DNA of 64,000 bases from an uncultured Chloroflexia bacterium (GCA_963720755.1 CAVRGP010000011.1:512001-576000); one strand, 5' to 3'. Positions 21,601-39,982 are shown, counted from the stretch's first letter. Notes: generated by a model not told the origin, from the letters alone. Numbers and translations: made by a program.

Positions 21601-22149
21601 ACCGAGCACGACATCCGGACCGAGCTCCTCGAAGCCGGCCTGCCCGAGAATGGCAAGACCGAACTCCGGGATGGCCGGACCGGTGAATCGTTCGACCGCC
21701 CGATCACCGTCGGCTACATCTACATGCTCAAGCTCCACCACCTCGTCGAGGACAAGATCCACGCCCGATCCACTGGTCCGTACAGCCTCATCACCCAGCA
21801 GCCGCTCGGTGGCAAGGCCCAGTTCGGCGGCCAGCGGTTCGGTGAGATGGAGGTCTGGGCCCTGGAGGCGTACGGCGCGGCCAACATCCTTCAGGAACTG
21901 CTGACCGTGAAGTCGGATGACGTCCTTGGCCGGGTCCAGACCTACGAAGCCATCGTCAAGGGCGAGGAGATCCAGCCACCACGCGTCCCCGAATCGTTCA
22001 AGGTCCTCATCAAGGAATTGCGGAGCCTCGGTCTCAATGCCGAGATCCTCGATCCCAACGACGAGGAGATCCCACTCGCGGAGGACGATGCCTCCGGCTA
22101 CCTGTTGCCAGATCTCGGCGGGATCAATCTCGCCGGGTTCGAGGACTGA
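18673..22149 (+). CDS. rpoB: RNA polymerase beta subunit
   Basis: [56 protein letters not shown]. Confidence 0.99.
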   Translation: MLSAESLTRARTPSGRISYAHIDRKVDGISYEKFEIPNLIELQLDSFAWFVEHGLRDLLDEISPIKDFTGKVMELEFLDYEFGAPKYSEEECRTKDLTFSKPLYVNVELLIKETGEIQRQRVYMGDYPWMTDQGTFVINGAERVVVSQLVRSPGVYYSETEDPASGRMLFSAKVIPNRGAWLEFETNNKDQLWVKVDRKRKIAATTLLRAVGYEENDEIAALFSPVDVDLEHPYIAATLDKDLTHTQGEALIEVYKKLRPGDPPTGDNARQLVESLFFNFRRYDLGRVGRYKFNKKLDSVAGRLNIELPREGRTITREDIAAIVGHLIECNRGLHPKDDIDHLGNRRIRANGELIQNAFRIGLLRMERVVRERMTIQELDKATPNALINIRPVVAAMKEFFGGSQLSQFMDQTNPLAELTSKRRLSALGPGGLSRERAGFDVRDVHHSHYGRICPIETPEGPNIGLIGSLATYGRINSYGFIETPYRRVKRTVSYEDADLTRYEAGDDLVTKSGDVVLAAGKSFDAKAVAELKKQKARAFPIRPVVTDEIHYMPADEEEEHVVAQANAPLDDEGHFTAERIPSRYRDTFPEARASQIEYMDVSPKQVVSVATALIPFLEHDDANRALMGSNMQRQAVPLLEPESPIVGTGMEERAARDSGQVLVAKRGGLITSVTAERIHIETDAGELDEYKLLKFVRSNQGTCINQRPIVNVGDRVADGQPLADSSSTQLGELALGRNILVAFMSWEGGNYEDAIVISDRLVRDDLFTSIHIEKHEMESRDTKLGPEEITRDIPNVGEESLKDLDEEGIVYIGAEVRPGDILVGKITPKGETELTAEERLLRAIFGEKAREVKDSSLRLPHGERGKVVEVREFRRELNDDLQPGVNRLVRVSVAQKRKISVGDKMAGRHGNKGVIAKILPAEDMPFLPDGTPVDIILNPLGVPSRMNIGQILETHLGWALHAKGLKAATAVFDGATEHDIRTELLEAGLPENGKTELRDGRTGESFDRPITVGYIYMLKLHHLVEDKIHARSTGPYSLITQQPLGGKAQFGGQRFGEMEVWALEAYGAANILQELLTVKSDDVLGRVQTYEAIVKGEEIQPPRVPESFKVLIKELRSLGLNAEILDPNDEEIPLAEDDASGYLLPDLGGINLAGFED

Positions 22150-22271
22150 TCGTCTGTCATTGAACCTGTCCCCGACCCGATACCCGCAGGCTCGCGTCAT
22201 GGCCGTCGCGTTCCTGCCCGCTCACGGTCCGCATCGCGTCGCCGAGCCAGACGGCAGCGCGGAGGAGAACC

Positions 22272-26774
<4,503 letters not shown>

Positions 26775-26817
26775 CCAGGCAGCTCGCGAAACCGTCATCT
26801 GGCGGCTCCACGAGCGT

Positions 26818-26847
26818 TTGACACGCTCGTCGGGCCGCTGATAGACT
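26818..26847 (+). promoter_or_regulatory. Sigma70-type promoter for the str operon
   Basis: TTGACA (26818-23), 18-bp spacer, TG-a-TAGACT (26839-47). Confidence 0.7.
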
Positions 26848-27019
26848 CCGCCTTCGTGGCCTCGGGAGGGGTCCGCCCTCGGCGCGTGCGCCGGAGACCC
26901 ATCTTGGACCCCAGACACACCCGGTCGACGACCGCCGACCAGCCGGCGGCGACCACCGACCCGCCCCGGTCGGTGACGACCGACCAACCGACGATCCGAC
27001 CGAAAGGAGCAGCGACTTC

Positions 27020-27448
27020 GTGCCGACGATCAGCCAGCTCGTCCGCCACGGCCGCAAGCGCAAGATCTCGAAGATCAAGGCGCCGGCCATGCGCAAGAAC
27101 TGGAACAGCCTGCGGCAGCGCCAGGTTTCGATCCCGGGCGCCCCACAGAAGCGCGGGGTCTGCCTTCAGGTCCGGACGATGACGCCCAAGAAGCCGAACT
27201 CCGCGTTGCGCAAGATCGCCCGCGTGCGCCTGACCAACCAGATGGAGGTCACGGCCTACATCCCCGGCATCGGTCACAACCTGCAGGAGCACTCGGTCGT
27301 GCTCGTCCGCGGCGGCCGGGTCAAGGACCTGCCCTCGGTCAAGTACCACATCATCCGGGGCACCCTGGATGCGGCTGGCGTTCGTGATCGAAAGCAGGGG
27401 CGCAGCAAGTACGGCGCGAAGTCTGCGGGCAAGGCAGGGATCCGCTAG
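27020..27448 (+). CDS. rpsL: 30S ribosomal protein S12
   Basis: [23 protein letters not shown]. Confidence 0.98.
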   Translation: MPTISQLVRHGRKRKISKIKAPAMRKNWNSLRQRQVSIPGAPQKRGVCLQVRTMTPKKPNSALRKIARVRLTNQMEVTAYIPGIGHNLQEHSVVLVRGGRVKDLPSVKYHIIRGTLDAAGVRDRKQGRSKYGAKSAGKAGIR

Positions 27449-27916
27449 ATGCCACGCCGCACGAGCATCCCGCGCAAGTCCAAGTACGAGACCATCCCGG
27501 CCAACCGGATGACCGCCCGGTTCTCGGCCAAGTTGATGAAGGGCGGCAAGCAGAACCTTGCCGAACGGATCCTGCGCCAGGCTCTGGCCCGTGCTGAAGC
27601 CCAGGCCGGGCGGCCGGGGCTGGAGATCCTCGAGGCGGCGATGCGCAATGCGACCCCCATCATCGAGGTCAAGCCCCGCCGTGTCGGCGGCGCCACCTAC
27701 CAGGTCCCGGTCGAGATCCGGGGCGATCGCCGAATGTCGCTGGGTGTCCGCTGGCTCGTCCAGTCGGCCCGCAAGCGAAACGGCAAGAGCATGAGCGAGA
27801 AGCTCGCCGCCGAACTCGTGGACGCGATGAACGGCCTCGGGGCAGCGGTGAAGCGACGAGAAGACACGCACAAGATGGCGGAGGCCAACCGGGCCTTCAG
27901 CCATTTCAAGTGGTAG
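27449..27916 (+). CDS. rpsG: 30S ribosomal protein S7
   Basis: RRVGGATYQVPVE, HKMAEANRAFSHF. Confidence 0.97.
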   Translation: MPRRTSIPRKSKYETIPANRMTARFSAKLMKGGKQNLAERILRQALARAEAQAGRPGLEILEAAMRNATPIIEVKPRRVGGATYQVPVEIRGDRRMSLGVRWLVQSARKRNGKSMSEKLAAELVDAMNGLGAAVKRREDTHKMAEANRAFSHFKW

Positions 27917-27937
27917 ATCCGGGAGCGTAGGCAGACC

Positions 27938-30013
27938 GTGGCACGACAGGTTCCGCTCGCGAGAACGCGGAACATCGAAATCATCGCGCATATCGACGCC
28001 GGCAAGACCACCGTCACCGAGCGGATCCTTTTCTATACGAAAAAGATCTACAAGATCGGCGAGGTCCATGAGGGCGCGGCCACGATGGACTGGATGCCCC
28101 AGGAACAGGAGCGGGGGATCACCATCACGGCCGCCGCGACAACGGCATTCTGGGGCGATCATCGCATCAACATCATCGATACGCCCGGGCACGTGGACTT
28201 CACGGTCGAAGTCGAGCGAAGCCTCCGCGTCCTCGATGGTGCGGTCGTCGTGTTCGACGGCGTGGCCGGGGTCGAACCCCAGTCCGAGACTGTCTGGCGG
28301 CAGGCCGACCGCTACGGGGTGCCGCGCTTCTGCTTCATCAACAAGCTCGACCGCACGGGTGCCGACTTCTGGCGCTGTGTCGACTCGATCAAGGACCGAC
28401 TCGGTGCCAACGCGGTCCCGATCCAGATCCCGATCGGCCGCGAAGACCAGTTCCAGGGGGTCATCGACCTCGTCGAGATGAAGGCCGTCTACTACCGTGA
28501 CGACCTCGGCAACAACATCGACGTGGTGGACATCCCGGAGGAACTCGTCGCCGATGCCGAGAAGCATCGCCACATCCTTGTCGAGGCCGTCGCCGAGATG
28601 GATGACGACCTGACCCACAAGTATCTCGAAGGCGAGGAACTGACCGTCGCCGAGATCAAGCGTGGTCTCCGCCTTGGCACCCTGACCACGAGGATCATCC
28701 CGGTCCTGACCGGTTCGGCTCTCAAGAACAAGGGCGTTCAGAAGATGCTCGACGCGGTCGTCGACTACCTGCCCTCGCCGCTCGATGTCCCGCCGATGAT
28801 CGGGGTCGACCCGCAGACCGGCGCCGATCTCCTGCGCAAGCCGGATGACAGCGAGCCATTCAGCGCCCTCGCCTTCAAGATCGCAGCCGACCCATTCGTC
28901 GGCAAGCTGGCCTTCTTCCGGGTCTACTCCGGGACGCTCAAGGCGGGGTCGTACGTCCTGAACCCGACCAAGGGCAAGAAGGAGCGGATCGGTCGCATCC
29001 TGCAGATGCATGCGAACCACCGCGAGGAGATCGAGATCGTCTACGCCGGCGACATCGCCGCCGCGGTGGGTCTCAAGGACACCTACACCGGTGACACCCT
29101 CACCGATCCGGAGCACCCGGTCCTGCTCGAGTCGATGACGTTCCCCGAGCCCGTCATCGAAGTCAAGATCGAACCGAAGACGAAGGCTGACCAGGACAAG
29201 CTCGCCATCGCCCTCCAGCGTCTGGCCGAGGAGGACCCGACGTTCCGGGTCAAGACCGATCCGGAAACCGCCGAGACCCTGATCGCCGGGATGGGCGAGC
29301 TCCACCTCGACGTCCTGGTCGATCGGATGATCCGCGAGTTCAAGGTGGCGGCCAACATCGGCAAGCCCCAGGTCTCCTATCGCGAGACCATCCGTCGGGC
29401 TGCCGAAGGCAATGGTCGCTTCATCCGCCAGACCGGCGGCAAGGGCCAGTACGGTCACGCTGTCATCAAGCTCGAGCCCGCCGAGAAGGGCTCAGGCTAC
29501 GAGTTCATCGACAAGATCGTCGGTGGCACGATCCCGCGTGAGTACATCAAGCCGGTCGACCAGGGCATCCGCGAGACGCTGGCGACAGGGATCTATGCCG
29601 GTTTCCCGGTGGTGGATGTCAAGGTGACGTTGTTCGACGGTTCGTACCACGACGTCGACTCATCGGAGATGGCGTTCAAGATCGCCGGTTCGATGGCCGT
29701 CAAGGATGCCTTCGCCAAGGCCCAGCCCGCCATCCTCGAACCGATCATGCGGGTCGAGGTGACGATGCCCGAGGAATTCATGGGCGACGTCATCGGCGAC
29801 CTGAACAGCCGCCGCGGTCAGATCGAGGGGATGGAGTCGCGTGGCACGACCCAGGTCGTCCGTGCGTTCGTACCGCTCGCCCAGATGTTCGGATACGTCA
29901 CGGACCTGCGAAGCATGTCGCAGGGTCGGGCGACATCATCGATGGAATTCAGCCACTACGCCGAGGTGCCAGCCAATCTGGCCTCGGAACTCGTCCAGAA
30001 GTCCAAGGTCTAG
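27938..30013 (+). CDS. fusA: Elongation factor G
   Basis: [37 protein letters not shown]. Confidence 0.98.
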   Translation: MARQVPLARTRNIEIIAHIDAGKTTVTERILFYTKKIYKIGEVHEGAATMDWMPQEQERGITITAAATTAFWGDHRINIIDTPGHVDFTVEVERSLRVLDGAVVVFDGVAGVEPQSETVWRQADRYGVPRFCFINKLDRTGADFWRCVDSIKDRLGANAVPIQIPIGREDQFQGVIDLVEMKAVYYRDDLGNNIDVVDIPEELVADAEKHRHILVEAVAEMDDDLTHKYLEGEELTVAEIKRGLRLGTLTTRIIPVLTGSALKNKGVQKMLDAVVDYLPSPLDVPPMIGVDPQTGADLLRKPDDSEPFSALAFKIAADPFVGKLAFFRVYSGTLKAGSYVLNPTKGKKERIGRILQMHANHREEIEIVYAGDIAAAVGLKDTYTGDTLTDPEHPVLLESMTFPEPVIEVKIEPKTKADQDKLAIALQRLAEEDPTFRVKTDPETAETLIAGMGELHLDVLVDRMIREFKVAANIGKPQVSYRETIRRAAEGNGRFIRQTGGKGQYGHAVIKLEPAEKGSGYEFIDKIVGGTIPREYIKPVDQGIRETLATGIYAGFPVVDVKVTLFDGSYHDVDSSEMAFKIAGSMAVKDAFAKAQPAILEPIMRVEVTMPEEFMGDVIGDLNSRRGQIEGMESRGTTQVVRAFVPLAQMFGYVTDLRSMSQGRATSSMEFSHYAEVPANLASELVQKSKV

Positions 30014-30035
30014 CAGGAAGCCGGGAGCAGCCCAG

Positions 30036-31232
<1,197 letters not shown>

Positions 31233-31239
31233 GGACGAC

Positions 31240-31547
<308 letters not shown>

Positions 31548-31548
<1 letters not shown>

Positions 31549-32159
31549 TGGAGATCGGACTGATCGGCCGCAAGGTCGGCATGACCCAGGTGTTCCAGGA
31601 CGACGGCACGATGGTTGCCGTGTCGGTGCTCGCCATCGAGCCCAACACGGTCACCCGCCTCCGAACGCCCGAGCGCGACGGCTACACGGCCGTCCAGCTC
31701 GGTACCGAGGTGTCCAAGAAACTCAACAAGCCGGAGTCGGGCCAGCTCAAGGACCTGCCCAAGGTCGCCACGATCCGTGAGTTCCGGGTCGACAGCGTCG
31801 CCGACGTGACGGTCGGCCAGACCTTTTCGATCGGCGACCTCTTCGCCGCCGGCGACCTCGTCGACGTGACCGGGGTCTCCAAGGGCAAGGGCTTCGCCGG
31901 GCACATCAAGCGCCACAACTTCCACCGTGGACCGCAGACCCACGGCTCGGACCATCACCGCGCCCCGGGCTCGATCGGGCCGGGCACGACACCGGGTCGC
32001 GTCTATCGCGGCCTGAAGATGGCCGGCCACATGGGCGATGAGCGGGTCACGATCAAGAAGGTCCGCGTCGTGCGGGCCGATCCCGATCGCAACCTCCTGC
32101 TGGTCAAGGGCAGCCTGCCCGGCGCTCGTGGCGGGCTGATCCTCGTGAAGAAGGCCTGA
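31548..32159 (+). CDS. rplC: 50S ribosomal protein L3
   Basis: [23 protein letters not shown]. Confidence 0.97.
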
Positions 32160-32162
32160 CCG

Positions 32163-32786
32163 ATGCCCCAGACCAATGTCTATGACAAGACCGGCAAGAC
32201 GGTCGGCAGCGTGGACCTGAGCGATGCGTTGTTCGCAGCGCCGGTCAATGCCGCGGTCCTGCACCAGGTCGTGACCGCCCAGCTGGCCGGTCGACGGACC
32301 GGCACCGCCGACACCAAGACCCGTGGCGAAGTCCGCGGCGGCGGGAAGAAGCCGTACCGCCAGAAGGGGACCGGCCGCGCCCGACAGGGCACGGTCAGCG
32401 CTCCGCACTATCGTGGCGGTGGAACGGTCTTCGGGCCGCATCCCCGGTCCTACGAGCAGCGGCTTCCCCGCAAGATGAAGCGTCTCGCCCTGCGCGGCGC
32501 GCTGACCGCGAAGTTCGGCGACGAGGCGATCAAGGTCATCGACACCTTCGGACTCGAAGCCATCCGGACGCGCGACCTCGTCGGCGTCCTGAGCGCGCTC
32601 GAAGCCAGCGGACGTGTGCTGGTCGTCTCCCCGGGTCGCGACGAGCGACTCGAGCTGTCGGCCCGCAACCTGCCGACGGTCGAGATCATCCTGGCCGACT
32701 CGCTCAACGTCGTCGACCTGCTGAAGGCCGACATCGTGCTCATCGAGCAGCCCTCGCTGGCCCGGATGCAGGAGGTCTACGCATGA
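32163..32786 (+). CDS. rplD: 50S ribosomal protein L4
   Basis: [23 protein letters not shown]. Confidence 0.97.
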   Translation: MPQTNVYDKTGKTVGSVDLSDALFAAPVNAAVLHQVVTAQLAGRRTGTADTKTRGEVRGGGKKPYRQKGTGRARQGTVSAPHYRGGGTVFGPHPRSYEQRLPRKMKRLALRGALTAKFGDEAIKVIDTFGLEAIRTRDLVGVLSALEASGRVLVVSPGRDERLELSARNLPTVEIILADSLNVVDLLKADIVLIEQPSLARMQEVYA

Positions 32787-33097
32787 GCTCCCTGACGGCA
32801 CCCGAGATCATCCTTCGGCCGGTCATCAGCGAGAAGTCGATCGACGAGTCCGGCCGCGGCAAGTACACCTTCGCCGTGCACGATCAGGCCAACAAGATCC
32901 AGATCAAGGCCGCGATCGAGGAGCTCTACAAGAAGGAGAACGTGACCGTCGTGTCGGTCCACGTCCTGACGACCAAGGCCAAGGAGAAGCGCCGCGGCAA
33001 TCGCCGCGGACAGACCGTCGGCCACACCACGCCATGGCGCAAGGCGATCGTCACGCTGGCCCCCGGCCAGAAGATCGAGTTCTTCGAGGGGGTCTGA
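32783..33097 (+). CDS. rplW: 50S ribosomal protein L23
   Basis: [27 protein letters not shown]. Confidence 0.96.
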   Translation: MSSLTAPEIILRPVISEKSIDESGRGKYTFAVHDQANKIQIKAAIEELYKKENVTVVSVHVLTTKAKEKRRGNRRGQTVGHTTPWRKAIVTLAPGQKIEFFEGV

Positions 33098-33100
33098 CCG

Positions 33101-33928
33101 ATGCCACTACGCAGTTACAAGGCCACCTCGCCGGGGCTCCGGCAGATGACTCGCTCGACCTTCGAGGAGATCACCACCAAGCAGCCCCACAAGCCCCTGC
33201 TCGAACCGCAGGTCCGTGGTTCGGGTCGGAACAATGCCGGCCGGTTGACGGTCCGCCATCGAGGCGGCGGCGAGAAGCAGCATTACCGCAAGATCGACTT
33301 CAAGCGGGACAAGCTCAGCGTGCCCGCGCGACTGGCGACGATCGAGTACGACCCGAATCGATCGGCCCGGATCGGGCTGCTCCACTACCGGGACGGCGAG
33401 AAGCGCTACATGCTCCTGCCTCACGGCCTCAAGGTCGGCGACGTCGTGGTCGCGGGACCCGATGCCGAGGCGCGGGTCGGGAATGCCCTGCCCCTGGCCA
33501 ACATCCCTCTCGGCACCACGATCCACAACATCGAGCTGGTGCCTGGCAAGGGTGGCCAGATCGTCCGGTCGGCCGGCGTCTCGGCCCAGCTCCTGGCCAA
33601 GGAAGGCGACTTCGCCACCGTCCGGCTGCCGTCGGGCGAGATGCGTCGCGTGCCGCTGCGCTGCATGGCGACCGTCGGGCAGGTCAGCAACCTCGACCAC
33701 GAGAACCAGAACCTCGGCAAGGCCGGGCGCGCCCGCCATCTGGGTCAGCGACCCGAGGTCCGAGGCGTGGTCATGAACCCACGCGACCATCCGCACGGCG
33801 GTGGCGAGGGCAAGTCCCCGACCGGGATGCCGCCCAAGACCCCGTGGGGCAAGCCCGCCATGGGCTATCGCACCCGGCGGTCGAAGACGACCGGGCGACT
33901 CATCGTCCGATCACGGCATCGCAAGTAG
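33101..33928 (+). CDS. rplB: 50S ribosomal protein L2
   Basis: [29 protein letters not shown]. Confidence 0.98.
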   Translation: MPLRSYKATSPGLRQMTRSTFEEITTKQPHKPLLEPQVRGSGRNNAGRLTVRHRGGGEKQHYRKIDFKRDKLSVPARLATIEYDPNRSARIGLLHYRDGEKRYMLLPHGLKVGDVVVAGPDAEARVGNALPLANIPLGTTIHNIELVPGKGGQIVRSAGVSAQLLAKEGDFATVRLPSGEMRRVPLRCMATVGQVSNLDHENQNLGKAGRARHLGQRPEVRGVVMNPRDHPHGGGEGKSPTGMPPKTPWGKPAMGYRTRRSKTTGRLIVRSRHRK

Positions 33929-33946
33929 CAGGGGAGGAGGTCACCG

Positions 33947-34231
33947 ATGTCCCGCTCGATCAAGAAAGGCCCGTTCGTCGAGGCCCGTCTCCTCGGCCGC
34001 ATCGAGGCGATGAACAAGCGCAACGAGAAGAAGGTCGTGAAGTCGTGGTCGCGCGCGTCGGTGATCTTCCCGACGTTCATCGGCCACACCATCGCGGTCT
34101 ACAACGGCAAGAAGCACATCCCGGTCTACGTGACCGAGAACATGGTCGGCCATCGACTCGGTGAGTTCAGCCCGACCCGCAACTATCGCGGGCACGGCCG
34201 ACACACCGACCGATCGACGGCGCTGAAGTAG
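33947..34231 (+). CDS. rpsS: 30S ribosomal protein S19
   Basis: [22 protein letters not shown]. Confidence 0.97.
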   Translation: MSRSIKKGPFVEARLLGRIEAMNKRNEKKVVKSWSRASVIFPTFIGHTIAVYNGKKHIPVYVTENMVGHRLGEFSPTRNYRGHGRHTDRSTALK

Positions 34232-34240
34232 GTGCCGAGC

Positions 34241-34579
34241 ATGCGCGTCTCCGCCACCGCCAAGTACCTCCGAGCCTCGACTCGCAAGACCCGTCTGGTC
34301 ACCGAGGCGATCAAGGGCAAGCCCGTCGAAGAGGCTGCCGCCCTGCTCCGGTTCATGCCCCAGAAGGCCGCTGCCGACGTTGCCCGCGTGCTCAAGAGCG
34401 CCACGGCGAACGCGGAGAACAATCACAACCTGTCGGCCGAGGACTTGTACATCGCCGACGCCATCGCCGATGAAGGCCCGACGATCAAGCGGTTCCAGCC
34501 TCGGGCCCAGGGTCGCGCCTTCCCCATCCACAAGCCCATGACCCACATCACCATCATCGTCGCGGACCAGGAGGCCTGA
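34241..34579 (+). CDS. rplV: 50S ribosomal protein L22
   Basis: SATANAENN, DEGPTIKRFQPRAQGRA; alternative start GTG 34232. Confidence 0.95.
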   Translation: MRVSATAKYLRASTRKTRLVTEAIKGKPVEEAAALLRFMPQKAAADVARVLKSATANAENNHNLSAEDLYIADAIADEGPTIKRFQPRAQGRAFPIHKPMTHITIIVADQEA

Positions 34580-34580
34580 C

Positions 34581-35261
34581 ATGGGACACAAGGTCCATCC
34601 GTACGGCTTCCGGCTCGGTGTCTCGCGCACCTGGACCGCGAAGTGGTATGCCGATAACAAGGAGTACACGGCCTCCCTCCAGGAGGACATCAAGATCCGA
34701 CAGCTCATCGACAAGCGCCTGGCCAACGCCAGCGTCAGCGGCGTCGAGATCGAGCGGGGCATCAACCACGTGACCGTCACGATCCACACGGCCAAGCCCG
34801 GGATCGTGATCGGCAAGGGCGGCGCCAATGTCGAGGTCCTGCGCCAGCAGATCGGGGCGATGACGACCCGCAAGGTCAAGCTGGAGATCAAGGAGATCCG
34901 ACAGCCCGAGCTCGACGCGTACCTGGTCGCGATGAATATCGCCGGGCAGTTGAGCCGGAGGATCGCCTTCAAGAAGGCGATGAAGCAGGCCATCCAGCGA
35001 TCGATGAAGGCGGGTGCCAAGGGCGTCAAGATCGCCGTCGCCGGCCGCCTCGGTGGCTCGGAGATGGGCCGTCGCGAATGGGACAAGGAGGGCCGGATCC
35101 CGCTCGGCACCCTTCGCGCCGACATCAGCTACGGCCAGGTCCACGCCCACACCACGTATGGCCGGATCGGCGTCAAGGTCTGGATCTATCGGGGCGACAT
35201 CACCCCGGAGCGCGCGGCGCGTGATGCCGGGGTCCCGACGGTCATCGGGACGGGGGTCTGA
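34581..35261 (+). CDS. rpsC: 30S ribosomal protein S3
   Basis: [34 protein letters not shown]. Confidence 0.97.
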   Translation: MGHKVHPYGFRLGVSRTWTAKWYADNKEYTASLQEDIKIRQLIDKRLANASVSGVEIERGINHVTVTIHTAKPGIVIGKGGANVEVLRQQIGAMTTRKVKLEIKEIRQPELDAYLVAMNIAGQLSRRIAFKKAMKQAIQRSMKAGAKGVKIAVAGRLGGSEMGRREWDKEGRIPLGTLRADISYGQVHAHTTYGRIGVKVWIYRGDITPERAARDAGVPTVIGTGV

Positions 35262-35264
35262 CCC

Positions 35265-35690
35265 ATGTTGATGCCGAAACGAGTCAAGCATCGCAAGGTC
35301 ATGCGCGGTCGCATGTCCGGGATGGCCAAGGGCGGACACACGGTCGCCTTCGGCGAGTACGGGCTCGCGACCCAGGAGCCTGCCTGGATCACCAGCCGCC
35401 AGATCGAGGCCGCCCGGCGGGCGATGACCCGATCGGTCAAGCGCGGCGGCAAGATCTGGATCCGCGTCTTCCCGGACAAGCCGGCGACGAAGAAGCCAGC
35501 CGAAACCCGGATGGGCTCGGGCAAGGGCGCTCCCGACCATTGGGTCGCGGTCGTCAAGCCGGGCCGGATCCTGTTCGAGATGGCCGGCGTCGACCATGAG
35601 TCGGCGGTCGAGGCGATGCGCCTCGCCAGCCATAAGTTGCCCGTCGCCACCCGCGTCGTCGTGCGCGAGTCGGCGAAGGAGTCGAATTGA
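35265..35690 (+). CDS. rplP: 50S ribosomal protein L16
   Basis: [24 protein letters not shown]. Confidence 0.97.
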   Translation: MLMPKRVKHRKVMRGRMSGMAKGGHTVAFGEYGLATQEPAWITSRQIEAARRAMTRSVKRGGKIWIRVFPDKPATKKPAETRMGSGKGAPDHWVAVVKPGRILFEMAGVDHESAVEAMRLASHKLPVATRVVVRESAKESN

Positions 35691-35908
35691 TGGATATCGA
35701 AAAGGTTCGCCAGCTATCCGATACCGAGCTCGAGGCCGCCCTTCGGGAGGCCAAGCAGGATCTATGGGGAGCGCGCTTCGCGCTGTCCACGCGACAGCTG
35801 AAGGACTACAGCACGATCCCGCAGACGCGGCGAACGATCGCGCGGATCCTGACCGTCCAGCGTGAGCGCGGAGCTCAGCCGGCCGGCTCGAGGGAGATCA
35901 CGCGATGA
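35690..35908 (+). CDS. rpmC: 50S ribosomal protein L29
   Basis: [14 protein letters not shown]; operon position. Confidence 0.92.
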   Translation: MDIEKVRQLSDTELEAALREAKQDLWGARFALSTRQLKDYSTIPQTRRTIARILTVQRERGAQPAGSREITR

Positions 35909-36312
35909 CAGGAGCTGACACCCAGGTGCAAGGCAAGCGCAAGACCAAGGTCGGGCGCGTCGTGAGCGACCGGATGGACAAGACGATCGTCGTGTCCGTC
36001 GAGCGTCTCGCGCGCCACCGACTGTACAAGCGGGTCATCCGCTTGAGCACGAAGTTCAAGGCACATGACGAGACCAACGACGCCCGCATCGGGGATACGG
36101 TCCTCATCGAGGAGTCGCGGCCGTTGTCCGCGACGAAGCGATGGCGACTCGTTTCGGTGGTCCAGCGAGCCGGGGACCAGGGGCTTCCCGGTGAGGTCGT
36201 GACCGACGAGGCCGACACCTCGGAAGCCATCCATGCCGCCGCCCACCCGGGCCGGACTCGGGATAGCGAAGCGGAGATCGCGGACGCGCCGGTCGAGGAG
36301 GCCGCCCAGTGA
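35905..36312 (+). CDS. rpsQ: 30S ribosomal protein S17 with acidic C-terminal extension
   Basis: [27 protein letters not shown]. Confidence 0.96.
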   Translation: MTGADTQVQGKRKTKVGRVVSDRMDKTIVVSVERLARHRLYKRVIRLSTKFKAHDETNDARIGDTVLIEESRPLSATKRWRLVSVVQRAGDQGLPGEVVTDEADTSEAIHAAAHPGRTRDSEAEIADAPVEEAAQ

Positions 36313-36677
36313 TCCAGTCCCAGACGCGTCTCAAGGTGGCCGACAATACGGGCGCCCGGACGATCCAGTGCATCCGGGTGATGGGTCGCTCGCTCAAGAC
36401 CGACGCGGGTGTCGGTGACGTCATCGTCGCCAGCGTCAAGCAGGCCATTCCCAACGCGGCGGTCAAGAAGGGCGACGTCGTGCGCGCGGTCATCGTGCGG
36501 ACGGCCAAGGAATACGGCCGGCCCGATGGCAGCTACATCCGGTTCGATGAGAACGCCGCGGTCCTGATCAACAACCAGGGCAACCCGCGGGGGACCCGCA
36601 TCTTCGGTCCGGTCGCCCGCGAGCTCCGCGACCGCAACTACATGAAGATCGTTTCGCTCGCTCCGGAGGTGCTGTGA
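36309..36677 (+). CDS. rplN: 50S ribosomal protein L14
   Basis: [34 protein letters not shown]. Confidence 0.97.
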   Translation: MIQSQTRLKVADNTGARTIQCIRVMGRSLKTDAGVGDVIVASVKQAIPNAAVKKGDVVRAVIVRTAKEYGRPDGSYIRFDENAAVLINNQGNPRGTRIFGPVARELRDRNYMKIVSLAPEVL

Positions 36678-37117
36678 TGGCCGTCCGGGCTGCGCAGCCA
36701 CGTGCGCCCAAGGTGCCCGAGATCCGCAAGGGCGACACCGTCGTCGTCCTGGCCGGCAAGGATGCGGGCAAGCGGGGCACGGTCGAACGGGTCATCCGCC
36801 GGACGGCCGCTCCGTCGGCGGCGCGAAGCGTCTTTCGACGCGGATCGCCGGCCGGGGGCGCCTTCGTCGTCGTCGAAGGCCTCAACATCGCGAAGCGCCA
36901 CACCAAGCCGCGCCAGGCGGCCGGGACCAGTGACCGCGTCCCGAAGATGCAGCAGGGCGGGATCCTCGAGATCGCCCAGCCACTGCCGGTCAGCCGGGTG
37001 ATGCTCGTCTGCCCGAGTTGCTCGAAGCCGACCCGGATCGCGCATGCGACGCTCGAGACAGGTCGTCGCGTCCGCATCTGCCGGCATTGCGGCCAGCAGC
37101 TGGAGGTGAAGGGATGA
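36677..37117 (+). CDS. rplX: 50S ribosomal protein L24
   Basis: [36 protein letters not shown]. Confidence 0.95.
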   Translation: MAVRAAQPRAPKVPEIRKGDTVVVLAGKDAGKRGTVERVIRRTAAPSAARSVFRRGSPAGGAFVVVEGLNIAKRHTKPRQAAGTSDRVPKMQQGGILEIAQPLPVSRVMLVCPSCSKPTRIAHATLETGRRVRICRHCGQQLEVKG

Positions 37118-37656
37118 CCAGTCGTCTCCACGAACGGTATGCGGCCGAAGTCGTTCCGGCGCTCCAGAAGCAGTTCGAGTACGGGAACTCGATGGAGATC
37201 CCGCGTCTGTCCAAGATCGTGGTCAACATCGGTCTTGGCGAGGCGCTCACGAACGCCAAGGCGCTCGACGCCGCGCTCGGCGACCTGACCACCATCACCG
37301 GCCAGAAGCCGATCGTGACGAAGGCCAAGCGCTCGATCGCGCAGTTCCGCGTCCGGACCGGCAACTCCATCGGTGCCAAGGTCACCCTGCGCGGGGACCG
37401 GATGTGGGATTTCATGGATCGCCTGACCACGCTCGCCCTGCCCCGGATCCGCGACTTCCGCGGCATCCCAGGCAGGTCGTTCGATGGACGTGGCAACTAT
37501 TCACTCGGCCTCCGGGAGCAGCTTGCCTTCCCGGAGATCGACTACGACAAGGTGGATCGTCTCCGCGGGCTGGAGATCAGCATCGTGACGACGGCGAAGA
37601 CCGACGAGGAATCGAGAAAGCTTCTCGAACTCCTCGGCATGCCCTTTGCCTCGTAG
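37114..37656 (+). CDS. rplE: 50S ribosomal protein L5
   Basis: [31 protein letters not shown]. Confidence 0.97.
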   Translation: MTSRLHERYAAEVVPALQKQFEYGNSMEIPRLSKIVVNIGLGEALTNAKALDAALGDLTTITGQKPIVTKAKRSIAQFRVRTGNSIGAKVTLRGDRMWDFMDRLTTLALPRIRDFRGIPGRSFDGRGNYSLGLREQLAFPEIDYDKVDRLRGLEISIVTTAKTDEESRKLLELLGMPFAS

Positions 37657-37674
37657 GCGCGGGGAGGGAGACTC

Positions 37675-37860
37675 ATGGCTAAGAAATCGATGATCGCCAA
37701 GGCGAAGCGGACCCCGAAGCACAAGGTGCAGGCGTATCACCGCTGCACCGTGTGTGGACGACCGCGTGCCTTCATCCGGCGGTTCGCCCTGTGCCGCATC
37801 TGCTTCCGGGAGCGAGCGCTCCTCGGGGAGTTGCCGGGCGTCACGAAGTCGAGTTGGTAG
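37675..37860 (+). CDS. rpsN: 30S ribosomal protein S14, 61-aa Zn-binding type
   Basis: [25 protein letters not shown]. Confidence 0.96.
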   Translation: MAKKSMIAKAKRTPKHKVQAYHRCTVCGRPRAFIRRFALCRICFRERALLGELPGVTKSSW

Positions 37861-37867
37861 GGGACCG

Positions 37868-38266
37868 ATGAACATCTCCGACCCCATCGCGGACATGCTC
37901 ACGCGCGTTCGGAACGCGTCTCGGGCGCGCCACACGGACGTGGTCGTCCCGGCGTCGCGGACGAAGCGTGAGATCGCGCGCATCCTCAAGGCGGAAGGCT
38001 TCATCGCCGACGTCTCCGAGGAGCAGGATGGGCCGACCGCGACCCTCCGCATCACCCTCAAGTACGTCGACGGGAAGGTCCCGGTCGTCTCGGGCCTCAA
38101 GCGCATCAGCAAGCCGGGCCTGCGCGTCTACGCGCGCAAGACCGACATCCCGCGGGTGCTCGGCGGCCTGGGCATCGTCATCGTCAGCACGAGCCAGGGG
38201 ATCATGACCGGCCAGGAGGCGCGACGGGCGCAACTGGGCGGCGAAGTCCTCGCGTTCGTCTGGTAG
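37868..38266 (+). CDS. rpsH: 30S ribosomal protein S8
   Basis: [31 protein letters not shown]. Confidence 0.97.
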   Translation: MNISDPIADMLTRVRNASRARHTDVVVPASRTKREIARILKAEGFIADVSEEQDGPTATLRITLKYVDGKVPVVSGLKRISKPGLRVYARKTDIPRVLGGLGIVIVSTSQGIMTGQEARRAQLGGEVLAFVW

Positions 38267-38276
38267 GCAGGACGAC

Positions 38277-38828
38277 ATGTCGCGTATCGGACGCCTCCCC
38301 ATCACCGTCCCGCCTGGTGTCGACGTCACCATCGACGGCCGCCTCGTCACGGTCACCGGTCCGAAGGGCAGCCTCAGCCGCTCCCTGCACCCGGACATGA
38401 CCCTCAGTCGGGAGGAACAGACGCTCGTCGTCACCCGACCGACCGAGCAGAAGATGCATCGCCAACTCCACGGTCTCACCCGGACCCTGGTCAACAACAT
38501 GGTCGTCGGCGTGACCGACGGGTACCGCAAGGGCCTGGAGATCACCGGTGTCGGGTATCGGGCGGCCCTCAACGGCCGCAAGCTGACGCTCAACCTGGGC
38601 TACAGCCACCCGATCGAGATCGATCCGCCTGAGGGCATCAGCTTCGAAGTCGAGAACCCGACCCGCCTGGCGGTCGTCGGGATCGACAAGGAGCTGGTGG
38701 GCCAGATGGCGGCCAAGGTCCGCTCCACCCGCAAGCCGGAGCCATACAAGGGCAAGGGCGTCCGCTACTCCGGCGAGTACATCCGTCGCAAGGCGGGCAA
38801 GGCCGGCAAGATCGGCGGCAAGAAATGA
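38277..38828 (+). CDS. rplF: 50S ribosomal protein L6
   Basis: [27 protein letters not shown]. Confidence 0.97.
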   Translation: MSRIGRLPITVPPGVDVTIDGRLVTVTGPKGSLSRSLHPDMTLSREEQTLVVTRPTEQKMHRQLHGLTRTLVNNMVVGVTDGYRKGLEITGVGYRAALNGRKLTLNLGYSHPIEIDPPEGISFEVENPTRLAVVGIDKELVGQMAAKVRSTRKPEPYKGKGVRYSGEYIRRKAGKAGKIGGKK

Positions 38829-38853
38829 CCGTGACTGACAAGGAACGAACACG

Positions 38854-39216
38854 ATGACCCAGGTCGCCACCCGCGGCGCCGCCCGGCGCAAGCGCCACGA
38901 ACGGATCCGCCTTCACCTGGCGGGCTCCGAGGCGCGCCCGCGTCTCGCGGTGTTCCGTAGCCTCAACCATATCTATGCGCAAGTCATCGACGACGCGTCG
39001 GGAACGACGCTGGTCGCTGCCTCGACGGTCGAGAAGGGACTCAAGAGTCCCGCCAAGACCAAGTCGGAAGAAGCCGCCGCCGTCGGAAAGCTGATCGCCG
39101 AGCGGGCCAAAGCCGCTGGCGTCGAGCGCGTGGTGTTCGATCGCGCCGGGTTCCGGTACCACGGGCGGATCAAGTCGCTCGCCGATGCCGCCCGCGAAGC
39201 CGGCCTCGAGTTCTGA
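38854..39216 (+). CDS. rplR: 50S ribosomal protein L18
   Basis: [26 protein letters not shown]. Confidence 0.97.
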   Translation: MTQVATRGAARRKRHERIRLHLAGSEARPRLAVFRSLNHIYAQVIDDASGTTLVAASTVEKGLKSPAKTKSEEAAAVGKLIAERAKAAGVERVVFDRAGFRYHGRIKSLADAAREAGLEF

Positions 39217-39231
39217 TCGGAAGGAGCCCCC

Positions 39232-39774
39232 GTGGCACGAATCGACCCCAATAAGCTCGCGCTCGAGGAGCGCGTCGTTCAGATCAATCGCGTCGCCAAG
39301 GTCGTCAAGGGTGGCCGTCGGTTCAGCTTCAGCGCGGTCGTCGTCGTCGGCGATGGCGCCGGCCACGTCGGCGTCGGCCTGGGCAAGGCCGGAGAGGTCC
39401 CCGAGTCGATCCGCAAGGGCGTCGAAGACGCAAAGAAGAACCTGATCCGGATCCCGATGGTCGGCACGACGATCCCCCACGAGGTCCAGGTGGTCTTCGG
39501 CGCGAGCAGCGTCCTGCTCAAGCCGGCCTCGCAGGGCACCGGCGTCATCGCCGGTGGCTCGGTCCGCGCCGTCCTCGAGGCCGCGGGCGTGCGCGACATC
39601 CTGTCCAAGATCCATGGCTCGACCAATCCGGTCAACGTGACCAGGGCTACGATCGAGGCGCTCCGAAGCCTGCACTCCGCCGAGGAGCTCGGCGCCCGAC
39701 GCGGGGTCAAGCTGGTCAGCCGGATCGCCGGCCAGCCGGCCCCGGTCGCTGCGGAGGTGTCGGGTGGCCGCTAA
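39232..39774 (+). CDS. rpsE: 30S ribosomal protein S5
   Basis: [22 protein letters not shown]. Confidence 0.97.
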   Translation: MARIDPNKLALEERVVQINRVAKVVKGGRRFSFSAVVVVGDGAGHVGVGLGKAGEVPESIRKGVEDAKKNLIRIPMVGTTIPHEVQVVFGASSVLLKPASQGTGVIAGGSVRAVLEAAGVRDILSKIHGSTNPVNVTRATIEALRSLHSAEELGARRGVKLVSRIAGQPAPVAAEVSGGR

Positions 39775-39982
39775 GCTCAAGGTGACCCAGATCAAGAGCA
39801 CGATCGGCCACATCGCGCGCAATCGTGGGACGGCCAGGGCTCTCGGGCTGCACGGGATCGGCAGCACGAGCATCGTGACCGACAACCCGGCGACTCGAGG
39901 AATGGTCCGACAGGTCCGTTTCCTCGTCAGCGTCGAGGAGATCGAGGAAGCCTCAGGATCCGATTCCGGGGAGAAATCATGA
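39764..39982 (+). CDS. rpmD: 50S ribosomal protein L30
   Basis: [19 protein letters not shown]. Confidence 0.93.
   Translation: MAAKLKVTQIKSTIGHIARNRGTARALGLHGIGSTSIVTDNPATRGMVRQVRFLVSVEEIEEASGSDSGEKS

Noticed and set aside
22150-22271. rpoB-rpoC spacer as ncRNA or terminator
   Set aside because: Only weak GC pairings (GCCGTC/GACGGC), no U-tract or recognisable motif
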